Under the pieces are notes generated by a model that saw only the letters and a program-made list of their open reading frames with translations, ran no database searches and had not been told where the DNA came from. Positions 11,414-23,200 of a DNA stretch of 64,000 nucleotides are shown here, piece after piece. The position numbers and the translations under genes were made by a program. Location: positions 16,274,645 to 16,338,644 of the forward strand of contig OZ316893.1 of the NCBI GenBank assembly GCA_973895155.1. The letters run 5' to 3'. The stretch comes from Marsupella aquatica. Lineage: Eukaryota; Plantae; Marchantiophyta. The number at the start of each line of letters is the position of its first letter. Within the stretch, counting starts at the first letter, position 1.

Positions 11414-12359
11414 TCATGGACGGCAATGTAGGGACAATTTTGGGGCATCCCACTCATACTCACACAATACCTCCTCACCGGCTCTAATAGTCCTAATGGC
11501 TACTGTCATGATATGGTCATCCATATGTTTCACAAAATACGGATCTCTAGGAGGGCCACAAATTTGGATCCACTCTACATTAGCCTCAAAATCTCTACCT
11601 CTACCCGTTGTACTATTGATGTACCCTGCTAAATTACCATTCCGAATAGGGTCACCATCAATCATCCTACAATGCCACGGCCTAGTCAAAACCTCATCTG
11701 GGTCTGAGTCCATCCTCAAGGCGTACACCCCCCCAGCTTGGGTGTTGATGCAACAAAGTCTTCCAACTCTTTGCATTATATACAGCCCCAATGTAAGGGA
11801 AAAGGTGCTCTCCATCATATCCACGTCTCCATGGCTTTGGAGGGACCACAATGTCCTCCAAAGCATATAGACCATATCCTATATCAGCACCAATAGAGGA
11901 CGCCTTCACTATCCAAGGCTGACCCCATATGTCAACTGGTTCATTAGTATGAATGAAATCTGGAAATTTGAAGAAACTAGGAGAAAAGTCCTTCCAAACA
12001 TCAGCAGCCCTACCAGTGAGATAAGATAGTCCAAACCGGCCCTCAACACAAATATAATCTCCATTTCCGGGTGGTCGATCACTACATAACACCTCCTCCC
12101 GATTCTCTACCTGCTCCACCGGTTCATATTGTCGTCTATGTTTGTGAGACCGTGAACGTGTACGTAGGACCCTAGTATCCATTTCCTCGAGTTGAGAGAC
12201 CGGTGCATCCTCGTCTACATGCGCATTTGTGGGGATAGGAGCAGAGGGACTAAGAGGTGGATGGGCAAGGGGAGATGCAAGCAACTCCCTAGCCCTTGCT
12301 AGAAACCCTTCCAACCACATAGCATTATCAACCAGAGGAGGTGGGGGTCTACGACGCAC
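11414..12359 (-). pseudogene. SET-domain exon in CACTA copy B (one extra G in a G-run near 11730)
   Basis: Acceptor gaaatag|GTG at 12359. Motifs GYGLYALEDI, LFPYIG, IDGDPIRNGNLAGYINST and AIRTIRAGEEVLCEY. Confidence 0.82.
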
Positions 12360-12484
12360 CTATTTCAACGAACAATGATTTGACACAAATCAATACATGA
12401 ATTGTTGTTTAGATGCAAAGTAATTTAGCATTTGTGGACTAATTATTGGAATTTCATGGAATGAAGGAGGGACATATTTATTAC

Positions 12485-12718
12485 CTGGCTAGGCAAATAC
12501 CCTGGTGTATCACCCTCGTGGCGACCATAGTTCTCGATGTGCTCACAAGTCTCCCAGGCATGTCGAACCACAAGTCCCTTACATTTCACACACCAACAAG
12601 GTATGGACCCTAGTGGCCGAGCACGAGGTTGGTCTGGAGGAGGGGGTGGAGGAACCTCCTCCTCAGACGAGCTCATGTCTGAGTTTGAATCCAACGTGGA
12701 ACTATCAGAAGCAAACAT
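12485..12718 (-). CDS. TnpD first coding exon, transposase-associated zinc-finger-like domain (copy B)
   Basis: gcag|ATG at 12718, IPCWCVKCK...EHIENYG, phase-0 donor CAG|GTAATA at 12485. Confidence 0.7.
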
Positions 12719-13725
12719 CTGCATATATATCATACAACCATGACAATATGTTGGATGAAAGAAAAAACCAGCAAGACAAATATATTTATGTCTAGAAAAA
12801 CAATTGAATGAGAGACATATATACAACACTTGCTATACCTCAATTATGATACCCGCGCTCTGCCGTGCCTACTAGGCCGATTCTCTACACACAAAGTGTG
12901 GGGATATCCAAAATCTCTACAAGGTGGACATTTTCATAATGAGCTTGCATGATCTACAATTGCCGAAAACAAGCTCAAGCACATATGATAAAAACTTGCA
13001 TGCCAAACCGGAAATAGCCTAAAGGATCAAGGAATAAATGGATGGGGCATCATACCTTTTGGATGTGCGGTCTCACACTGTGCATAGTGCATTGCAAAAT
13101 AACCTACCTAGCTAACACCCTACAAAAACCTAACCACCCCTTCAAAACCAAGGTACTGCACATCAAACCCAAAGATGAATATTAGCAAACTGAACATGGA
13201 TAACCAAAGTTTATCACAAAAAAACTGGATTCAGGTACAAACCCCAAAATTGCAAGAAGGTCGATATATCACATCCACGACACCGGTGCCAACCCCCTGC
13301 GGTGTGTGTCTACATGTATGGCCCTATAAAACATGATTCAAACATACATGACGATTAAATGTTAATACAACCGGTCCTTCCCACATACACCTAGATGACC
13401 CCTAGATAACCCCTACATAACCCCTATCCGATAACATTACACAAGGGGTCCGATACCGTTTCCAACGTATCACACTTTGTAAAAGCGAGGAATAACGAGC
13501 TGGAGGAGGGGTCCGATGCAACACGCATTGGAAGGTCCAATTTGACATTCGATACTGTACGCTACAGACATTCCGAAGCATAAACAATCGGACTTGATTC
13601 AAAATTTGAAATCCATAAATCCCAATGCGCTTGCAAAGGCGCACACTACGGGGCTTCCTTCGCACATCAGTCATTTCAGAAAATTTTCTAAGGCCGATAG
13701 GGGAGGAGCTTGGGAAGGAGGAGAG

Positions 13726-14644
13726 ATGGTGGGGGAAGGAGGATCGGGTGATGGGGGAGACGGGGCTGGGCCATCCCGGCCATATGAGTAGATAATGAGG
13801 GAGTTGTTTGTGGCCAAGGCAGGGCTTTTAGTGGAGGATGCAGCAAGAGTAGTCCTGGTGCTTCAGGTTTTGTTTGATGCCTCAAAAGGTGAGGCAGAGA
13901 AGGCTGCTACAGCAGCCCTCACAACAGAGAAAGAGACGAGGAAGAAGAGAAAGGAGGCGGAGAGGGCTAGGGCAAATGGTGAGGCGGCTCTCTCTCCTCG
14001 GCAAAGGGAGAAAAAGCTTTGAAGAGAAGCTAGGGAGGCAGAGAGGCTGCAAGTTGAGGAGCAAAGGCGAAGGGAGGCTGAGAGGGCTCTGCAACCTGAG
14101 CTGGCTATCAATTCAGGTGGGGCTCCAATGCCCAGGAGCTACAATTTGTTCCGCAGCCAATTCTTGCAGGTTGTGAGGGCAAATTTTGGGCCACTAGACT
14201 ACTGGGGTAAGAAAACATAGGAGGAGAGGACCAGGGTTTGGGAGCAGATCAAAGAAAGATTCAAGAACGGAGCCCACCTTGAAGACAGATTTCTAAACAG
14301 TCAAATTTCAGCCTCTGTTTCAGATGCAAGGAATCATGTGCGGGAGAAGATGAGGGATTACCTTACTGTTTTGCCAATAGATGCAGAGGTGGTCAAGGAG
14401 CACTAGTGTCCAGATGTGATTCCCCAGGGTGCATATATGGACAGCTTGGCTTGAGGAGGAGCTCTCTGTTCGAGCCTGGCTAAAGAGACAACATTGGGAC
14501 AACAAAATCAGGATTGCAGAAGAAAAACGAGCTGTCAGGGAGGATATTGACATGGCCCCCCTCCAACTGAACCTTCGACAATGGGCAGCTCAAGCAGCAA
14601 GACTTCAAAAACCTCCTGCAAACATCATAGCAGCATTGAAGTGA
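13726..14644 (+). pseudogene. Degenerate CACTA accessory ORF, possibly TnpA-like
   Basis: Read through its stops, gives a charged helix followed by WGKKT.EERTRVWEQIKERFKN...RFLNSQISASVSDARNHVREK, reminiscent of TnpA-type helical repeats. Weak, by-eye similarity. Confidence 0.4.
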
Positions 14645-15264
14645 GTAGAAGAGAGGCCCTTTGTGACTCACCGGATGGGGCAAGGCAGCTCCAATCGATT
14701 GAAGGCCTAGTTTGTAAGTGGCTCCTCCCTCCTAGCTCCCTCCTCCCTTGCTCCTCTCCGTGACCACCTGACTTCTCTTGCAAAGAGTGAACATTTTGGT
14801 TGTCCCATTTTGCTTTATCACGTTCCGATCCCCCTTTTTTTGCTCTCGGGACTGTTAAGTCCGATGGTTGTTCGTTCTGCATTGGAACCCGCATCGGACA
14901 TAGTAACATTCAAATTTGGCAGAGAAGGGGTCCAATAGCAGTCCAATGGAATCCACATCGGATGCTGCATCGGAACGTGTATATTTTGAGTGAATTTGGG
15001 TTTATTTTGTTTAAAACGGGTAGGATTTAGGGTTTTTTTGATTGCATAGGATAGGGATGCTTGACTTGCATGAAATTCTGGAATGGACCCCTTCTTGAGT
15101 TCACTTGTGATTTTTTTAGGGTTTAGAGTATTTGCTAGGGGTTAAGTAAGTTATAGAAGTTATATATAAGGCATAGAGTTTTGAGAGGGAGAAGTTTGGT
15201 ATAGGGAGTGGATTTTATGGTTGAAACTAAATTTATTGTGCTGATGTGGTCTTTTAATTTTGAA

Positions 15265-16283
15265 ATGTCAGGAGAGAGAGTATGGCCGTCCCATTGATCC
15301 AAAAGAGAGGGAACTAGCAACAAGGGATGGACCCTGTGCTCTAAAGCGTCAGATTGAGGATGAGCTGGGAGAGGTAATTGTTCCCTCCCCCTACCTAAGT
15401 TGGGACAATGTTTTGCTTAGCTAGAGCACTACTACATTTGTAGAGTTTTGACCAAGTTCCTTACTTTAATTAATTGTAATGTGCAGGAGGAGGAGGAGGA
15501 GGGGTCTCGGGAGTCAGATGATGAGGACTCAAGATCTGAGGCAGGGTTGCAGAGGGAGTCTAGAGCTACCGCAACTGTTCCTAGAGTTTTCCAGGCTGTT
15601 CCTATAGTTGCCCAGACTGTTCCTAGAGTTTCCCGGGCTGTTCCGATAGTTGCCCAGACTGTTCCTAGAGTTGCCCCTACTGCCCAGATACCTCATGTTA
15701 CCCTCACATTGGGAGGGAGGGGAGGTACGTGGGTCACATGTTGTTGATGGTGTGAGCTCTCATCAGTCACAGGGAGCATCGCGGGCTGCAAGGCCGGGGC
15801 CTTCAGGGGGTAGTAGAGGTGGTGCAGGCCCACACCATCGCTCAAGAGTATGCTCTGCACCTAACCCCCCTCGTCAAGGAGTATCTGGTGCACCTAGCCC
15901 CCCTCGTCAAGGAGTATCTACTGCACCTAGCCCCCCTTGTCGAGGCAGTGGTGACTTGGACGATGGTGGCTCTAGGGGTCTAGCGCCATCTCGTGAGTCA
16001 GGTGGCAGTACAGCATAGCATGGGCCACATGCATCATCCGCAGCCACAGCCTCTCATCACTCTAGTAGGTCTGCCGGGGGGGCAAGGCCTCCTTTTACTC
16101 TGTTGTGTCAGGGGTTGGTGGGACTTCTACCGTGCCTAGCGGTGCATCTAGTGGGTCAAGGGGTAGGACAGGATTAGACCCACCATCTGGTCAGCAGGTG
16201 GCTCCACCGGTTGTGGATCCCGCATCTGTTCCCCACCTTCGCTCTCGCCACAAGAAGAAGAAGGGACGGAACACACCTTTTTA
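15265..16283 (+). pseudogene. Degenerate two-exon low-complexity accessory ORF in the CACTA element
   Basis: GAG|GTAATT donor near 15374 and tgtgcag acceptor near 15487. Acidic, Ser/Gly/Pro-rich, with about 36-bp and 30-bp internal tandem repeats; ends in basic RHKKKKGR. Confidence 0.35.
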
Positions 16284-16569
16284 GAGGTTAGTGCCGTGTA
16301 GGTAGGTCCGGTAGCTTTGATTAGATCTTAGCAGGTGCCATGGAGTGTAGTCTCTACTTAGTGCTCCATTTAGGTGTTCCCATGGAGCAAACAGTCGTTG
16401 AGATGGGTCTACTAGGTAGGCCCATTCCATTTTGTACATATCGGGGTCGTCCCCTTTTTTAATATGAGATTTTGACCACATGTTTTGAGCCTCCTTTGGA
16501 CCCTAATATATTGGTTGATGTTCTCAAATCCCAAATAACCACCCATGAATCCCTAGCTATTGTAACAAA

Positions 16570-17143
16570 GCCATCCGTTATGATGTCCGTTTGCACCTTC
16601 ATTGGTCCTTCCGTTTCAATCACCTTCGCAACATATGATCCTTTTTGCATCGGACCCCTCCAACAAAACCAAAACATCAAAACGATGTGTCCGATGGCAA
16701 AGTCATTGGATTTTCCAAACCTCATTACATCGCAATATCGGATACTAGGTCTAACGCAACATCCGATAATTCTCCAAAGGCAAACTCCGATACTAAATGT
16801 ATCGTAAAATCTGATACTACACGCATCGCAATGTACGTAGCAAAAACTATGGAACTATCCCATACAATTACTATCGGACAATTGTCGTTTTGAGATAGGG
16901 TCTGTTTGTTGGTGTGCGATACGTATTAGATCGGATGTGCAGGTTTGTGAATGGGTTGGAATTGAAAAGTCCGTCGGCATTGTCAATGGAAAGTCCAAAG
17001 TAAGTCCGATGGTTGATTTTCGATGAGGATTGGATGGGATATTGCGAAGTGGGTTGCATCGTATAGTTGATTTTTCCGAAATGAAGTTTCCGAAGGGATC
17101 CGACAGAATAGCTATCGGATAATGGCCCTAAAATGTACTAGTG
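16570..17143. repeat. CACTA subterminal repeat array and terminus
   Basis: Many TCCGA(T)/(A)TCGGA motifs in both orientations, ending in ACTAGTG at 17143. Confidence 0.8.
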
Positions 17144-20100
17144 CTTGTCACACACATCTAAGCATAGTCACAATCAACATCACAAACATAAGAGAATGGA
17201 GTACAAGTGAAACTCCTATCTACACATGTCCAAAACCCGCAATCGCCCCCCTAGCTGGGAGTGTGGTCCCCTAGCTGGGAGTGAGGTCCCTTAACTCTAG
17301 CTAGCCATAAGTTATACAATTGAAGGTTGGTATACACCTTTTTAAGTGTGAAGATCAGGAGGCCGGGTGCAAGTGAGCCCCATCGATCACCTTCCGGCAA
17401 TCTATACTTTCCATGAGAACACAAATGGTAACTGGTTGGCTTCACCAACATTGAGGACACAACCATGATCCCCTAGGAATCACCTCCAACGGTGGTGTCA
17501 AAAACATTATGTGTCATCCTCTAAAACACTTATCACAAATCAACATAGTGGCTACTCCTTGAGCAGATCCACACAACATACACTTCAAGCCGACACAAAT
17601 TTGAGCCAAGCTTGGATCTACTATACCATCAATGTTTGAAAGATGACATGGTGCACAATTGCGTACATGATCCTTCCAAACCATACCGTCCCGTCCTTCC
17701 AACATTAGGACACCAGAAGATAACACTTCATGCACACGTAAGATTGTCCGACCTGCGGTCACATCAAGTGTCATTGGTGCTATTTGCTGCAAATAAATAA
17801 AATCACCAAGATGAAACCCTCAAACCCTCGCACAATAACCTCCTCCACAAATAGTGGCATACCTCAAAGTATCACATGTTGAGCAATGGCAAGGTTGTCA
17901 AAGGCCATGGGCATGACTCTCTCAAAAACTTGTGCCCTCTCTAAACCCACATTGACCCAAACATCAGGATCATCCAAATCCACAACAATTGCCACATCAC
18001 GACGAATAGCCGCTGGCAAATCTGGCTGTCTATCATCGAGCAAGAAATAAGGTGAGAAGGATGCAAGTGATGCTTGTCGACTAAAATGGTAGCCCATAGC
18101 TAACCAAGGTAGCTGGAGATCCCAATCTCCCAAATGACCAACCTGCAAGCCATACTTACGCAATCCTCTCTTCACGGTTTATACAACTCTCTGTGCCAAT
18201 CCATCTGCCTCAGGATGATTACAAGAAGTAGTACAATGATCAATAAGAGCTTGCTCACAAAAACCCTCAAACTCTCCACAAAAATTTGTGCCCTGATCAA
18301 TCAACACCTCAACCGGTGCTCCAAAATGACTGAGTACTCGATCCAAAAATGCGATAGCCACTCCTCCACTAGTTTTATCTGGCAATGCCACTAGTTCAAT
18401 CCACTTGGAGAAGTGCTCCACCATAACCAACATACCGATTCTGACGTTGGGTAAGGGGTAATGGACCAACAAAGTCCAAACTCCATCGATATCCCAAACC
18501 CATTACTGGTAATGGATGCAATTGGGGAGTGGGAGCATTGAACGATGCTTGCACTCGATCACATACCACACACTTAGCAATAAATTGTTGGACATCAGTG
18601 TGCATACCATGCCACCAATATTGTGTCTGCAACAAGCTATGTGTGCATTTCACACCAAAGTGACCCAACTCCTTGTGTGCATGTCGCACCAAATGTACTT
18701 GTTGTGATGATTTTGGTACAACCAACACCTTGCCATCACGTAGTATCCTCAAAAGATGGTTTCCTTCCCATCGGAATCTCTTGGCTTGTTGTAGAACCCT
18801 ATCTCGCTCCTTAGCATCACAATTGCCAACAATGGAGCCACCACGCAAATATTCCAACATCCTCTTGTTGTTATGAATATCTGGCTGTCCAAAATTGCCT
18901 CATCAACATCCATATCTGAAGACTCAACGTCTACCCCATCCAATGAAGTAGAGTCCACAGATCCACTATATGTTAGAACCCAACAAAGAAAGGCACATGC
19001 ATGCTATCCTGGCACACTCTCCTTATCTGACTCATCATGCCATCGAGCTCTAGTCTCATCCTCTTGACTGGTACATGGATTGTGGCTCAACCCATTTGCA
19101 TCCAAGTTCACTTTACCAGGCCTATGTACAACCTGGAAATCATACTCTTGTAACAACAATGCCCATTGTGCAAGCTTCCCTATAACCTTGTTAGACTCCA
19201 TTAACCACTTGAGGGGCTGGTGATCAATGATCAAGGTGAACGGATTACCAAACAAATAGCAACGGAAATGTGCCATAGCCCACACTGCCGCCAAACACTC
19301 TCCCTCATACGAGCTATACTTAGCCTTTGCTGAATTGTTTGATCTACTGGCATACGCCACAACAAACTCATTCCCCTCATCATCCTTCTGAGTCAGCACT
19401 GCTCCAAGTCCTGCTCCACTCCAATCAGTGTGTAGCTGAAATGGTCATCCCAAATTGGGTCTTCTCAAAATAGGTGTTGACGCCAATCTTGCCTTCAACT
19501 CTTGGAAAACATGTTCTTGGTTGTCACCCCAAATCCACTCATGATCCAACTTAGTGAGTATGGTTAAAGGCTTAGCAAGCTGGCTAAATCCTTTAACATA
19601 CAGTCTATAATAGCTTGCCAATCCCAAGAATGCACCAACTCTACTCACATCAGTAGGACAAGGAATCTGTGTAATGGCCTCCACCTTAGTCTCTTGCACA
19701 CCCAATCCTCTTGGGTAGATAGTGTGGCCCAAACACTCAATTTTGTCTCAGAAGAACTTACATTTTCCAGGATGGAGTTTCAACCCATGTTCTCTCAATC
19801 TCTCCAACACAATCTGCAAGTGCCTTTGATGTTCTTCCACCGTAGAAGAATAGACCAAAATGTCATCAATGTAACATCTCACAAAATCCAAACTTGCAAG
19901 AATTTGATCCATGACTCTTTGGAATTCAGCTGGTGCATTCTTCAACCCAAATGGTAAGAACAACCACTGATACAAATGATCTTTGCCATAAGAATCAATT
20001 CCCCAAAATGTTGTCTTGGATCTATTAGAATGCCTAATAGGCAATTGATGGTACCCTGCCTTGAGGTCCAACGAACTAAATATCTTCGCATGCCCCACAA

Positions 20101-20146
20101 CATCAAAGGTCTCCTCTGGTGTGGGCATGGCATATCAATCGGACTT
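17144..20146 (-). mobile_element. Gypsy retrotransposon 3' half (RT-RNase H-integrase-PHD), PPT and truncated 3' LTR (17144-17241)
   Basis: SSLDLKAGYHQ, LPFGLKNAPAEFQR, YIDDILVYS, VVAYASR, DHQPLKWL, HKELGHFG, WSLDFVGP and HPEADGLA, with many stops and frameshifts. G-rich PPT at about 17244-17253. Confidence 0.92.
17442..17582 (-). pseudogene. PHD finger at the integrase C-terminus
   Basis: CMLC-x7-MLICDKCFRG*HIMFLTPPLEVIPRGSWLCPQC matches the C4HC3 PHD pattern, with W changed to stop and one C changed to F. Confidence 0.85.
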
Positions 20147-20281
20147 TGTGGGTTTTGGACATGTGTAGATAGGAGTTCCACTTGTACTCCATTCTCTTAT
20201 GTTTGTGATGTTGATTGTGACTATGCTTAGATGTGTGTGACAAGCAATGTATGTTGTGTAACTATGTGTATGCGCACGACA
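20147..20281 (+). repeat. LTR of the same Gypsy family in inverted orientation
   Basis: 20147-20244 is the reverse complement of 17144-17241 (96/98 identical by eye). TG start; probable CA end at 20281. Confidence 0.85.
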
Positions 20282-23200
20282 GTGGGGTCCAAGCAAAATA
20301 AATCTAAAATTTTAAAAATAAATAAATAAGGTACTCAAAGCTCTCCTTGTAACAAGAGCATCGTTGTATGAAAACGCAATTTCCAATAACTTCACAACAG
20401 AAAATTTGTTTCCTTGGTTCACGAGTCATTGTGCTAGTACTTGCTTCCCCCCTTTTGTGGGGCTTATAAACATTAAAAAACCAAGTTGAGGAAATTAAGT
20501 TCTTTTGGTCTTTTATAATTGAGCAAACTACTTGAGACGGTATGAGTGTGAAGCACTTAATCTACTCTAAGTTTCATCTACCATAAGGACCAAATAAGGT
20601 ATTTAAGGACCTAAATGTACCTTACATTTTATCTTTTTTATCTAACTCTAAAAAATGGTTAGAGCAATTGTGTGGAGGGGAAAGAGCAGTCACTTCTGCA
20701 AGTAAAGTGTTCAGCATTTGATGGTGTTCTGGAGCTCTTTTGGACTTTAGTGAATATTGATAGGAAACTACTACATCCAGTTCCCTGATGGAATAAAAAA
20801 AATCTAAGTGTCACTAGAGGCATCTAAACCCCACTTTTGTGGGATTGTATGTGTTAATTCTGCTCGGATTAAAAATATATACAAGTGTCAGTAGAGGCGT
20901 CTAAATCCCACTTTGGGGGGGAGGGATGTGTGTTAAAAGGCTCATGCGGAGGCTAGTTACTTTTGAACCCGGAACCTGTGTCGCCCCACTCTTGCGCTCT
21001 ACTGTTAGCCCATGGCCTCCATGACCTTGGTCACAGTGTTTTCTAGGTATTTATTTTCATTTTCCGGGCATGAAACCTGCAACTACTGGCTATCAACAGC
21101 CACTGACCAATGGAGCAAGTGCAACAGGATAGCATTTAATGTGACTCCCCTGACTTATAGAAGGAAATAAAAGTACCTTGGAAGGATGGAGTGAAGATCT
21201 GAACCAAAAGTGCTTTGGCCACTGACAAGGTATTTTAGGAGAGAAATGATGACAAAGTTAATGATAGGGAAAATATTTGGACAAAAGTGATGATTTGCTT
21301 ACTCACAATGTACTTTTTGGACATAAATATAAATGGTACTAACCAAGTATATCTTTATGTTTAAATCTAATCCACGCAAGTAGGGTTTATCCATCAGGAC
21401 TTCATGAATAATGTGCAACTCCATCTGGGCTTTAACTTATGAATTTGTAACAAAGGAAACAATGTACAATAATTAAATTAGTTTGTGTATATGCTTTAAT
21501 ACTTGGCATGAAATAAATACTTGTTCAATTGTTTTAGTTATTTTTTAATTTTAAAAATAATCATCACTGCAAAATACTGTAAGTGTTTATATCAAAATGC
21601 CCATAATTTCTCAGATTCATAGGGTCCTCACTTCTCTTCTTCCAACCCATTGCGCGCAAAGAAGTTAGGGTTTTTTAATTCAAACTACGCGGAAGACTTT
21701 AAAAATATTGTTGAAGAAATATAGGGTTTTTTAATACAATATTGAGAATTATAAGAACTATAGGGCTTTAATATCAAGTGTGTGAATATTCCATAAAGTT
21801 AGAGGTTAAAAATAGTAAAATTTGACTTTAGTTTCTTAAGTCTTGAAAACTTTGCATGTGATATGGGATCTCCCTTGGAGTGAGGCCTCCAAGCTCAGAT
21901 TTGCATCATGTAACTATTTTGAGGTTTCATAAGCACTCTCAATTACATTTTGTGGACAAAATTTTGTAATTTACTTTTGGCACAAGCCGGGATGACATGC
22001 ATAGTTGCCATTGATATTTGAGTTGGCAAAACAGCTCCAAAATCTTCCCTTCTCCAGCTCATAATGAAATGATGCAAAGAAAACTAATGGGAGCAAGATT
22101 AATATCTAATATTTATAAGAAAACACTAGGTGGTCCCACATATTTTCCCTCTTACACATTCAAGATGTTCACCAATTTGAACAACTCCCGCACAAAACAC
22201 AGGCCACAAATTAGTGTCTATTCATTTGGAATTTTGGGGAAGCCTAATGAGGGTTGGGAGGGTTATGATGCTTTGACAATACCAACAAGGTGCTAAGAGG
22301 ACTAGAGTGAATATGATTTACAAAACCAATAATATTGTGACACATTAAGACTAAATGAATGGTTCACGTGTTTGTTGTTTACTACTGCCTGTCCCTCTCA
22401 CTGGATTCTTCATGCAATACATGTAAATTATCATTACCAGGTGCCTCTTACTAGACTTCAATGCTTTCAGTCAATGAACATACCAAATTAGTGGCTAACC
22501 CTAAACTAACACTCAACAAAACTGGAAACTAAGGAGTGATTACAAATCAACAAAAGCCAACTAGACCAACCTTTCCCCTCCTTGTCTACCCTAACCTTCT
22601 ACCCCATTTGTTTTCTTTTGTCCACAAATTCTATTTCACTTTTGTTGTTTTTTCCATCCAATCTTTTTCATCTCATTGATTTGATGAGGAGGGTCATCAG
22701 AAATTTTTGGGACATCCTTTTTTAGTTGAATTTATTTAGTACGCAGGTTGCCAAGCTAGACAGCATTGGAAAAAGTCTCAGCCCAAATGGACTTGAGACA
22801 AAAACAATATGGCAAAAGACTCTTGTTGCATTCTTAGGATGCTGACTACCCTAGTAGCATAGAAATAACCTCATGAAAATCCAAAAAGAACAAGTGACTA
22901 ACTGTCATCTTTAAATGTCAACTTTGATCTCATTTGTAGATCTAAAAAGTCTGACAACATGCATCTTTCATTTGTTCATGTTTGTGTGATAAGATGTTGA
23001 TACGATGCAACCATTGGTAAGGGATTTTAGAGGAATCTTTTCATGGGGATGTAAAAAATCACTTCCACCCAAGGAAAGAGCCAGTGACCAACCATAGACC
23101 AGACGTGTCCAACAGGGCATCTTAAACTAGGATGCTCACAGACTTCTACGGTGAACTGAACGCTGCCGCACCCTAACCCGCCTGATAATCACCTAACCCA

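Larger units (their letters stand above)
7850..17143 (-). mobile_element. CACTA transposon copy B (right terminus at 17143; left end not found)
   Basis: Minus strand from 17143 reads CACTAGTACATTTTAGGGCC, with dense TCCGA(T)/(A)TCGGA subterminal repeats. TnpD and SET lie on minus, accessory ORFs on plus. Assigning all parts to one element is inference. Confidence 0.7.

Noticed and set aside
1-13100. Copies A and B as one large foldback or recent inverted duplication
   Set aside because: Introns and linkers are strongly diverged and the lesions differ, so they are better explained as independent family members.
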